31,727 nt of DNA, taken from assembly GCA_015523565.1 (NCBI GenBank), contig WAKA01000108.1, positions 1-31,727 on the forward strand, written 5' to 3'. The stretch is from Candidatus Heimdallarchaeota archaeon (GTDB taxonomy: Archaea; Asgardarchaeota; Heimdallarchaeia; Heimdallarchaeales; Kariarchaeaceae). The notes beneath the pieces are model-generated. The model ran no database searches, was not told the DNA's origin, and saw only the letters and a program-made list of their open reading frames with translations. This document shows, in pieces, positions 18,485-26,525 of the stretch (the first letter of the stretch is position 1; every line of letters begins with the position of its first letter). The position numbers were made by a program, and so were the translations under genes.

Positions 18485-19390
18485 TTAAGAGACAAACTCT
18501 TTTTCAAGCCATTCCTCGGTTCTTCTATAAAGGATGTCCAGCATTTGGCTTCTAGGAGGTATTTCTGTTGCAAGGTTCTGTAACCATTCCCGCATTTCAT
18601 AAAGCAACTTTTGGGATGATTTAGGCGTAAGGTCTTTATCGATAAAGCAAACACTACCAAAGATGATATTCAATTGGGTCTTGTTCTGAAGGTTTTCAAG
18701 GATTGCCCTCAATATGGGTTTGTTTTTTCTATATTCCATAGATTGGATTTTTTGAAAAAACTTGATATCGTCATTCACGAATTTTATACGATCCATGATG
18801 TCTTTTGCTGTATCTGAATATATCCCGAGCCATTCAGGAATCCCTTTTTTTTGTAACATGCCTTTTAGTCTTTTGTAATAAATTGAGAAAAACTCCATAC
18901 TGTCCCAAGTCTTTATGCCAACCAACTTTTCTGCATCCCACATTTCTTCTGCTGACGATGCAATTCTGATGCTTTCGAATATTCCATTGGGAAATTGCCC
19001 TACGAATTTCTCAAAGGCATTAAGGATTGGTGTCAAGATGGGTTGTGATATTTGATCTGAAAATATTTCAAGATTCAAAAAGGAATAGGGGGGAACTTTC
19101 TCATAAGGATCTACCATGATCTCCACATATTCTCTGGTATTCCCCTCCAACTCAATGCTTCCCTCTATTTCTAATACATAATTCGGATACTTCTCGAAAT
19201 CAATCTTGTCAATAGAGGTGACCTCTATACACTCGGAAATGCCTACTTCTGGAAAACCATTCCATATTCTAAATAAAGGTTCGGTAATCTGAATGGTTTC
19301 AAGAAAGGAAGAGAGTGTTTCCATTTCAGTATCCTTCCACAACCGATGGAAGCTACCTTTTTTTTTCCTTACTAGAAATACTCCGAGCAT
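18485..19390 (-). CDS. Hypothetical protein (301 aa)
   Basis: Long ORF whose start overlaps the upstream gene's 3' end by 19 nt; no motif recognised. Confidence 0.7.
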   Translation of the reverse strand: MLGVFLVRKKKGSFHRLWKDTEMETLSSFLETIQITEPLFRIWNGFPEVGISECIEVTSIDKIDFEKYPNYVLEIEGSIELEGNTREYVEIMVDPYEKVPPYSFLNLEIFSDQISQPILTPILNAFEKFVGQFPNGIFESIRIASSAEEMWDAEKLVGIKTWDSMEFFSIYYKRLKGMLQKKGIPEWLGIYSDTAKDIMDRIKFVNDDIKFFQKIQSMEYRKNKPILRAILENLQNKTQLNIIFGSVCFIDKDLTPKSSQKLLYEMREWLQNLATEIPPRSQMLDILYRRTEEWLEKEFVS

Positions 19391-20031
19391 ATCTCCACCA
19401 CTCTTTCCTTTATTGAATTAATTAATTCCCCATAAAAACCTATCAGGATAGGAACATTTTTTTGTCCAATTGTGATTTTCTTTTCTGTTCTACCATCCTT
19501 GAATGTAAGCTCCTTGGTGTGATTTCGACCATATTTTTGCTTTTTACCTCTGATCTTGGAATGTTGGCCTTTAGTAAAAATCAGACCAAAAATGACCACA
19601 TTTCCATTTTGTGCTTCTATATATTGGGCTGTGCGCCTCAATTGCTTAACCGCCTTCAACATGAGTTTGTTATTTTTCGAATCTTTATCTTCAATGACCG
19701 CAAATGCTGTTTTGTCAAACTTTACAACAAAATCACATGTAAGGTTGTTGTGACCTGTAATCCCTAGAAAACCCCGGATCTCATCCTCACCATTATACAT
19801 TGTGGGATTCCATTGGGCAAAGATATTGTCACAATTGTTTTTCAAGTTATTTCTTTTAATCTTTGGATCTTGGCTAGAGGGTTTTATCCCCCCTCCTTTT
19901 TTCACAAGGTGTATGATTCTCTTTGGCACAGTAATAAGGTTATCATGATGGAGTAGAAGATGGCGCATGGCAGTATCTTCCCTTTCCTTTTCTTCTGGTG
20001 TATTACAGAATTCGCATAATCCAATATCCAT
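19372..20031 (-). CDS. C2H2-like Zn finger plus putative PD-(D/E)xK nuclease domain
   Basis: CEFC-x13-HLLLHH; E...TCDFVV-x7-VIEDK...KAVKQL. Start ATG 20031 or GTG 20040. Confidence 0.6.
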   Translation of the reverse strand: MDIGLCEFCNTPEEKEREDTAMRHLLLHHDNLITVPKRIIHLVKKGGGIKPSSQDPKIKRNNLKNNCDNIFAQWNPTMYNGEDEIRGFLGITGHNNLTCDFVVKFDKTAFAVIEDKDSKNNKLMLKAVKQLRRTAQYIEAQNGNVVIFGLIFTKGQHSKIRGKKQKYGRNHTKELTFKDGRTEKKITIGQKNVPILIGFYGELINSIKERVVEICSEYF

Positions 20032-20185
20032 TCTCTTCACAATCCAAGTATATTTTGTTAATCACTCTTTTTACATTGATTCTTTTGGACTTGAGCTTCT
20101 CCGTATGTTGTGTCATGAAATGCCTCGCCAACTCGCTTCCATTCCCAGAATATGTACAATATGGGCATTTCTCCTTTGTCACCAT
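20003..20185 (-). CDS. Small C2H2 zinc-finger protein (60 aa)
   Basis: CPYC...ELARHFMTQH; overlaps the start of the downstream gene. Confidence 0.65.
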   Translation of the reverse strand: MVTKEKCPYCTYSGNGSELARHFMTQHTEKLKSKRINVKRVINKIYLDCEENGYWIMRIL

Positions 20186-20521
20186 GTCTGAATTCTCAGA
20201 GGTATAAATTTAAACATGACGCGTTTTTCCTGCCTCTGATCCATTACATGTTCTTTCAATACGCGAAAATTCATTGATAATCTATATTTTAATATTCCCT
20301 GTTGTGATCACAATGATTCGAAAATTGGTTTAGCATCAAAAAACAAAAAAATTATTGTTTCAGGAATGGTCATATAATCAACTCAAAAAAAACCACAGGA
20401 TTCTTGATGTCTTTTCCTAAAAATGGGACTGCACAATATTCTGTTCCAATACTGAATTACATGCTTTTGTGTTTAAGACCTATACGCAATACCCTCGGAA
20501 CTAATGCACAATTGTATCTAA

Positions 20522-21016
20522 TCAGTCAACAATATAGGATTCAGGCGACAATATGTCCAGTTCAAAATTGAACGTTTCCAGCATTTTCTGCCTCAATTTC
20601 ATCATGTCACCCTCAACCCTCTGCTGAAGAAGATGCAGGTTTGCATCTTTACAGAAACGTTCCAAATGGGGCTCAATGGTCTCCTTGAGATCATGAAGGG
20701 GATTCCAATCCATGGATATGACTGAGACAACTTGGGGATAAGTGGGTGTAAGTATCAACGAAACCAAAAACTCTGTCATTCCACCTCTGACTTTCGAATT
20801 TGGTAGTGCGAAAAATACATTTTGTGAAGAAAACCTGCGGTTTGAGTAGATGAACTCTTCTTGATTCCCTACAGAGGCAATATCCATCAGGTTGCGCACA
20901 ACTATTACAATTTCATCCTCCATTTGCTGAGGACGGCTATTGATTACCTGTGGTCCAAAAATATCATCAAAATAAGTAAGGACTAGGAAAAGTCGAACCC
21001 TGAATTTGAATTCCAC
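20522..21016 (-). CDS. uDENN/longin-like domain protein
   Basis: LTYFDDIFGP....P, LMD, F....S.N.FF.L....RGG...LVSL pattern, like NPR2/folliculin-type longin folds. Confidence 0.6.
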   Translation of the reverse strand: MEFKFRVRLFLVLTYFDDIFGPQVINSRPQQMEDEIVIVVRNLMDIASVGNQEEFIYSNRRFSSQNVFFALPNSKVRGGMTEFLVSLILTPTYPQVVSVISMDWNPLHDLKETIEPHLERFCKDANLHLLQQRVEGDMMKLRQKMLETFNFELDILSPESYIVD

Positions 21017-21101
21017 GAAATATCCTATCTTTTTTCCCTTATTACTTTTTCACAGTCCAAAAATTGATATTGTTTCCTTTCTGGTTTTTCCCTGAAAATA
21101 T

Positions 21102-22229
21102 CTAAGTTTGTCTTTTCAATTTTGCCTTAACCCTTTTCTTCTTTGCAATGACAACCACTGCAAGGGATATGGAAAGGGGCAGAATGGGGATGAACGACAC
21201 GAAATCAGGAACGGGCTCTGGGGGTATGGGTTCATTCAGGACATACTTGCTGAGGTCTGTCTCGTTGGCAAGCACCTGCACGGTTTCCCATGTCGTTGTG
21301 TCGATTATCGGGATCTGACTGGTCTGCTTTCCGACAATTAGCTTATTCCCGCTCCAGTCTAGAGATCTAATTTTTTCAGGTAAAAGAGGATATTTTCTTG
21401 GGATACGCAATTTTTTGAGAAGGTCGCCATCTCTGTTGAAAATAACGATGGTGCCGTTGTCATCGCCTACAGCAAACTTTGTACCGTTGTCTGAGGGGGC
21501 AAACTCCAACACAGTATTCAAGACATCCTTGGAAACCGTATAGTTCTCCAGCTTATCCGAAGAAAGGACATGGATCTGATCTCCTTCACTGAAGAACAGT
21601 TCATCCCTGTTCCATCTGATGTCTAAGATTGTACTGCCGAAGCGGTAGGTTTGCCATATTTGATTTGTTCTCAACAACAGGGTCCCATCCTTGAAACCAA
21701 TGGCAAGGTCTCCTTTGGGGGTGGCATCCACCGCCCAAACAGGCGAACCGAATTCCATGGTATCGATCTGCTCATAGGTGACAGGATCATAGACCAGAAG
21801 TTTCTTGCTTTGGTTGGTGCCGACATAGATGTTGTCACCCCATGCTATGTCGGTTGGCATGTCTTTTTCTCCCATCACAATGATTCGTTCAAGTTTCCTT
21901 GTTCCGAAAGTGTACTTGTACACATCCGTTTCACTTTTGGCAACAATGACACCTGTCCCGTCGGCGTTCAAGTCCAACATTTTTCGATATGCCTGCTTAT
22001 TATAGTTCCCTCCAATCAAATCAGTAGGAACCTCCTGCATGGGTGGGGCTCCTGGTTCTGCTGTTGCATTCCACAAAAAGAGCCCAAAAAAACCAATTGA
22101 TACTGCGGTCTCTGTGCCATTCACCCAGCGCACGACATCCCCATGATCAAAATAAGGTCCAGAAACAGCGTTCCTGATTGGCATGGGAATGGCAAAAACT
22201 AGGAGCACCAAGATTATGTACTGTCTCAT
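21102..22229 (-). CDS. Secreted WD40-like beta-propeller with C-terminal membrane anchor
   Basis: Signal peptide; repeats VWAVDATPKGDLAIGFKDGTL, FAVGDDNGTIVIFN, IRSLDWSG; Pro-rich linker, TM helix and KKKR. Confidence 0.8.
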   Translation of the reverse strand: MRQYIILVLLVFAIPMPIRNAVSGPYFDHGDVVRWVNGTETAVSIGFFGLFLWNATAEPGAPPMQEVPTDLIGGNYNKQAYRKMLDLNADGTGVIVAKSETDVYKYTFGTRKLERIIVMGEKDMPTDIAWGDNIYVGTNQSKKLLVYDPVTYEQIDTMEFGSPVWAVDATPKGDLAIGFKDGTLLLRTNQIWQTYRFGSTILDIRWNRDELFFSEGDQIHVLSSDKLENYTVSKDVLNTVLEFAPSDNGTKFAVGDDNGTIVIFNRDGDLLKKLRIPRKYPLLPEKIRSLDWSGNKLIVGKQTSQIPIIDTTTWETVQVLANETDLSKYVLNEPIPPEPVPDFVSFIPILPLSISLAVVVIAKKKRVKAKLKRQT

Positions 22230-22238
22230 ACAACCACC

Positions 22239-23843
22239 TCACTGACTTGTTTTACAACAAATGACCCATTGGAGGGGACAATCACCCTCAGATTCCCACC
22301 ACCTGCCGTCGCCGACCCACCAAAACTTGGAATACAGCGGGGATTCAAGGGAGTTGTCAGGGTTCAGGTTATTCATGACGGATATGTCACGGTTTCCCCA
22401 ATCATAATATTCACTACAGGCATTATTGCTGTCGCATGTCATCTTTAGCAGACCCAAAGTATGCCCTAGTTCTTGCATGGCTGTAACCATTATGTTTTCC
22501 CTTGGATCAGTCAAAAGCCACCACCAAAAATGCTTGAGGGGGTTCTCAAGATCCCTGATCGCTTGGACTGCCACAAATGCGTAGGGATAAAATTTGTTAT
22601 GGGTGTTGTTTTGGTTAAATCCTGCGAATCCAAGTGCATCACTATCAGTATATTTCCCAAAAACCATGTATCTATGTTTTCTTGGGTAATTTTGTCTGAC
22701 CCATGAATACATATTATAATATTCATCTAAATCATCAATAGAAAACTGTTCCTTCAGTGGCACTGTAGAAGAATTGGTATAGAACTTGAGCCGCTCATAG
22801 CCGTTGTCCTCAAAGTAACTGCTGATCGTGTCAAAGATGTCCAAAGGTGGTTTATACCCATCCATCCATGCCACCTCAACATGCAGGGCAGTGTAACCAA
22901 TCTTCAACTTCGTCAGTTCCCAGCCGAATTCCGCATTGTTGCCTGAACGGATACGAATGGTGAGGTTGTGGATCGTCCGTTCGGCAAAATTTCCAAGAGA
23001 AAAGTCTGACAGGGTGAACCAGCCGCTTGATGTTGCCTGCTCTCCAAGCACAAGGGTTCCGTCCACATAGATTGAGACAAACCTGTTGTATTCGTCATTG
23101 AATTGGACAATCTGCAGATCCAACCTTGTGTTGAAACCCCCGATGAACTGCGTCTCAATTTCCGAGATATAGCTTCTGGGGAAGAACTGATCATACTGTT
23201 GCGAGGTTGAGTTCTTGAAGTATACCCATTCCAACATCCATCCCTTGTCTGTATATGCTCCATAGTAAATCTCGAAGACAACATACAAATTGGTTGCAGG
23301 GGCGTTGAACTCAATCGATACAAAATTCTCCTGGTTGGGGCCAATCCTTTCCTCATACTCCAACACTAGTTTGTCCGGGGTTGACCCTTGATAGACACGA
23401 AGGATGCGACCCGTAACATCATTCACCCCTAGGATACGTGCCTTGATGAAATCGGCATACTGGGTGTAAAACGCAAGTTTCGAGTAGGTCGCCTTGGGGA
23501 AGAAGGTTCCCTCCTTTGTCAGGAAGAACGCCTTGTCGTTGCTGAAGTCTGTGTCAACCCCGCTGTATTGGTGGGGTGCGAAAAAAGGCGATCCTGACGG
23601 GGCTGATGCCACCGTGGGTTGGGATGATCCCAAGGGGGTGATAACGTTGTTCAGGATTCTCCTGTTTTGCCCAAAATCTGATTTAGGTCCTTTAGTACTT
23701 TCTTCTTTCAAGGATTGGTCATTACCCAACTGTTCTCTCTGGGGCACCTGTGCATTTGCATTTATCAAAAATGCACCTAGGTTGAGCAATGTTCCCATAA
23801 CAATCATCCATTTTATCGTTAGCCAAATCTTTTGTGAGTGCAT
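22239..23843 (-). CDS. Secreted protein: two copies of an unassigned beta-domain plus C-terminal metzincin-like domain (QELGH)
   Basis: Signal peptide; internal repeat (FFP...NDxxxR...Y...GWxL) at aa ~113-210 and ~219-316; VEVAWMDGYKP, MQELGHTLGL, SVMN Met-turn. Confidence 0.7.
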   Translation of the reverse strand: MHSQKIWLTIKWMIVMGTLLNLGAFLINANAQVPQREQLGNDQSLKEESTKGPKSDFGQNRRILNNVITPLGSSQPTVASAPSGSPFFAPHQYSGVDTDFSNDKAFFLTKEGTFFPKATYSKLAFYTQYADFIKARILGVNDVTGRILRVYQGSTPDKLVLEYEERIGPNQENFVSIEFNAPATNLYVVFEIYYGAYTDKGWMLEWVYFKNSTSQQYDQFFPRSYISEIETQFIGGFNTRLDLQIVQFNDEYNRFVSIYVDGTLVLGEQATSSGWFTLSDFSLGNFAERTIHNLTIRIRSGNNAEFGWELTKLKIGYTALHVEVAWMDGYKPPLDIFDTISSYFEDNGYERLKFYTNSSTVPLKEQFSIDDLDEYYNMYSWVRQNYPRKHRYMVFGKYTDSDALGFAGFNQNNTHNKFYPYAFVAVQAIRDLENPLKHFWWWLLTDPRENIMVTAMQELGHTLGLLKMTCDSNNACSEYYDWGNRDISVMNNLNPDNSLESPLYSKFWWVGDGRWWESEGDCPLQWVICCKTSQ

Positions 23844-24123
23844 ATCCCCCCTTGGATATATTAAATGTTTTTCCTAAATTCAACAATAATTGTAACGTGG
23901 TTTTTACTTGTGAAAAAACATTGGAATGCAAGTAATAAATCCATTCTTTCCAGATAATTTTCCAATGACCTACCTGTCTAAATATCTTATTCCTTTAGTG
24001 TTGTTTTCATCAGTTGGAACCAAGTGGCATTTATGTGACATACTTGATTTTTTATTGCTGGTTCCATCCATCTGTCGGAACTGCAAAAGTCATGTTAATA
24101 TGCCTTAAAATAAGAATCGCCTT

Positions 24124-24702
24124 GTGGGATTTTCACCAAAGACATACGCGTTTTTCATTAGCCTGATCTTGGTTGGTCTTTCCATTTTCCATTTTCTCCA
24201 AGAGAATGATGACCAAGGTCGGTTTTGGCTGATGATGGCCGCCATTCTCTTCTTCCTTGCTTATTACCTGCTTAAATCGCTCTATTTCATGAGATACCGT
24301 GCAACATTCAACGAAGTCACCTTCGTGGTCATTCTTCCGCATGTTCCTTTGCTCTTCGCATTCTTCTCATCAATCTTTGATGTGACCATCGATCCAATCA
24401 CTTCTGTTTCTGTCAAGGGTGCCATTTCCCTTTCTCTATATTCTGATTTCATCGACCTTGTCAGTCTACCCCTTTACATATTCAGCTTGTTTGTCCTAAT
24501 GCGGACTTTCCTGAGATATCCTTTCATCAGGCTTTACGGTCATTCCACAAATGGCTTCCCTTCAAGGGTCGTCGGTCTTGCCCTTACTCTTGAAGTCCCG
24601 TTTGTTTACGCGTTTGCAGTGTTTGCATTCCTCCCAAATCTCTCCCTCTTGATGTTTTCAATCACGTTCCTGCTTATTGGTTTTTTGTCCATGTTTGTTT
24701 GA
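24124..24702 (+). CDS. Hypothetical multi-pass membrane protein (~6 TM)
   Basis: 192-aa ORF of regularly spaced hydrophobic segments; no competing long ORF. Confidence 0.7.
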   Translation: MGFSPKTYAFFISLILVGLSIFHFLQENDDQGRFWLMMAAILFFLAYYLLKSLYFMRYRATFNEVTFVVILPHVPLLFAFFSSIFDVTIDPITSVSVKGAISLSLYSDFIDLVSLPLYIFSLFVLMRTFLRYPFIRLYGHSTNGFPSRVVGLALTLEVPFVYAFAVFAFLPNLSLLMFSITFLLIGFLSMFV

Positions 24703-24891
24703 TTTCCTGTTTTTCTTTGCTCTTTCCTGTAGTCTAGTCTTTTTTTTCATTTCGTATCCATGTCTCCTTTATGAGAAACAGGTTCTTGAGTTCAATTTAC
24801 AGGAGCAACTGAAAACGCATACGCTGAAACTCATTCCGATGGCCTCCAAAAAAAAGGAAAAGTGCTCCTGTGTTCCAAAGGAAACGCTTGT

Positions 24892-25107
24892 TCAAACTTC
24901 ATCATCTCTTTCCTTCCAGATTCCCTTTGCCATTTGAACTGCGATTTCATAAGGGGGTTTACAGCATCAAGGATTTTTCGTTTTGGAATTATCAACATCC
25001 CTTCATTTGTTTCAATTTACCTCTTCCCCAATCTCCAGACCAAGTTTTTTTTCCGGTTCTGACTGGGAAACTGATTATCCATTGTTAGTAAGTTTTACTT
25101 TTTCCAT
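24892..25107 (-). pseudogene. Degraded AbrB/MazE/SpoVT-like gene
   Basis: Manual translation across a stop and frameshifts gives MEKVKLTNNG* / ISFP / KKLGLEIGEEV / IETNEGMLIIPK / AKGIWKERDDEV*. Confidence 0.55.
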
Positions 25108-25115
25108 AAATGATT

Positions 25116-25146
25116 ATTGGATTTCTATATTTACTGAAAATCCAAT
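25116..25146 (-). promoter_or_regulatory. 9-bp inverted repeat enclosing a TATA-like box upstream of the AbrB-like pseudogene
   Basis: ATTGGATTT (25116-25124) N13 AAATCCAAT (25138-25146). The spacer reads TAAATATA on the minus strand, 19-26 nt before ATG 25107. Confidence 0.5.
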
Positions 25147-25315
25147 GGTTGACTGATTTTTAGGTAAGCAGGCAATGTGGGATGTGGAACGACTGATTGG
25201 CTTTTGTTGTCTTAGTTGGAACTAAGGGATGTTTATGGCAATAATATGGACAGTGGACGTTAATTATTCACAGAATGTTCATCACTGTTTTCTTTACCTT
25301 TCCCATTTATTTTTG

Positions 25316-25960
25316 CTATTTGGGTATTTTCTCATGGGGAATTTTCTCCCTAGGTACTTTTTCATTCACCTTTTCAACTTCATCTGGGTCAAATTTCGTT
25401 TCTGGTTGTCTTGGTCTCTTTGGGATTCTTCTAGTTACTGGCAACTTTTCCAGTCTTTTCGTTTTCTTTGCAATTGCACGATTCTCTTTTTTCTTGCTTT
25501 CATTGACTCTTGTCTCTTTTGGTATTTCATCTTTTGGTCTCTTGGTTTTTGGTGGGGTCGACTTTACCTTCCTTTTTCCAATAGGTTTTGTGATGCTTTC
25601 ATTTGGATTTTCCTCTTTCTTTCTCCCTTTTTTTACAATTATCGGTCTTGATCCTGCTTTTTTCAGGGATCTTGTGGTAACTGCCTTGGGTTTAATTGCC
25701 TTTTCCTTTCTTTTTGTGGTTTTAATTTTCCCAACCTTCATCTTTTCAATGCTGGGTGTTTTTATTTTCTTTGGCTTTTCTTCATTTTTATTGATCCTCT
25801 CCTTTTTTGGGGGAAGCTTCATGTTGTGTGGGGATTGTTCTTTCCTTGGAATTTTCGTTTTCTGGGGTGCTTGCTTGGGTATTTTCTCCTTTGGGATGGC
25901 TTGTGTCGGTATCTTTGTTTTAGGTGGTGTTTTTTCCCTTGTTCTCTTGAATAGGCCCAA
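25316..25960 (-). CDS. Lys/Pro-rich basic low-complexity protein
   Basis: TTG 25960 follows GGAGG and the upstream stop; begins MGLFKR; repeated (E/T)K(I/V)Px units at both ends. Confidence 0.65.
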   Translation of the reverse strand: MGLFKRTREKTPPKTKIPTQAIPKEKIPKQAPQKTKIPRKEQSPHNMKLPPKKERINKNEEKPKKIKTPSIEKMKVGKIKTTKRKEKAIKPKAVTTRSLKKAGSRPIIVKKGRKKEENPNESITKPIGKRKVKSTPPKTKRPKDEIPKETRVNESKKKENRAIAKKTKRLEKLPVTRRIPKRPRQPETKFDPDEVEKVNEKVPREKIPHEKIPK

Positions 25961-25961
25961 A

Positions 25962-26333
25962 TCACTTCCTCCGTAGTTGCCTGTATTCTTCAATCAAATC
26001 CAGCAGAATGTCTGAAATGGATATGGCATTTGGCCCTCTTGAAGCAATTCCTTTCTCAAGCATATATTTTGTCTTGATCTCACTCAGTTTCCTGTGAACT
26101 TCTGGAGAAACCACAATGGTCTTGTCTGACCTATTGTCCGACCTGAAATCCCCCCTGTCCTCCGGCAACTTTGCCCTTACTGTCTCCTGAATGTTCACCC
26201 GCTTCCGCTCAAATGCCTCAAAAATCTTCAACAGCACATCCGTGTACGTCTGCAAGCCCTCCTCAAACTTTAAATGCCTGATTGCCTGCCATGCTTCAAA
26301 TGACAGCCGGAGGTTCTTGCCGCGGCTACCCAT
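25962..26333 (-). CDS. Tandem ribbon-helix-helix-like DNA-binding protein
   Basis: Two strand-helix-helix units: KNLRLSFEAWQAIRHLK..TYTDVLLKI and KTIVVSPEVHRKLSEIK..SISDILLDLI. Confidence 0.65.
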   Translation of the reverse strand: MGSRGKNLRLSFEAWQAIRHLKFEEGLQTYTDVLLKIFEAFERKRVNIQETVRAKLPEDRGDFRSDNRSDKTIVVSPEVHRKLSEIKTKYMLEKGIASRGPNAISISDILLDLIEEYRQLRRK

Positions 26334-26525
26334 ACTTCATTTGTGGGTTTGTGTGCTTATTAGCTTTCGCCTTCAGAAAAAGGAAAACGACAAAATTAGT
26401 GCACACATTTTCATCCCCATATTATTCAAAGAACAAAAGATGTAATCTCAATCCACTTTTCTTCTTATGCCTAATCCCATGGCAGTCTCAAAACATTTTT
26501 CAGTATGTGTGCCTGATGCGGTCTC

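Noticed and set aside
20003-20040. Programmed frameshift fusing the Zn-finger ORF to the nuclease ORF
   Set aside because: No clear slippery heptamer in the overlap, and the downstream gene has its own ATG at 20031.
25229-25976. Long hydrophobic plus-strand ORFs (140 and 233 aa) that look like membrane proteins
   Set aside because: The Phe/Leu/Gly richness is the antisense shadow of the Lys/Pro-rich minus-strand ORF, which has an SD and is coupled to its upstream gene.
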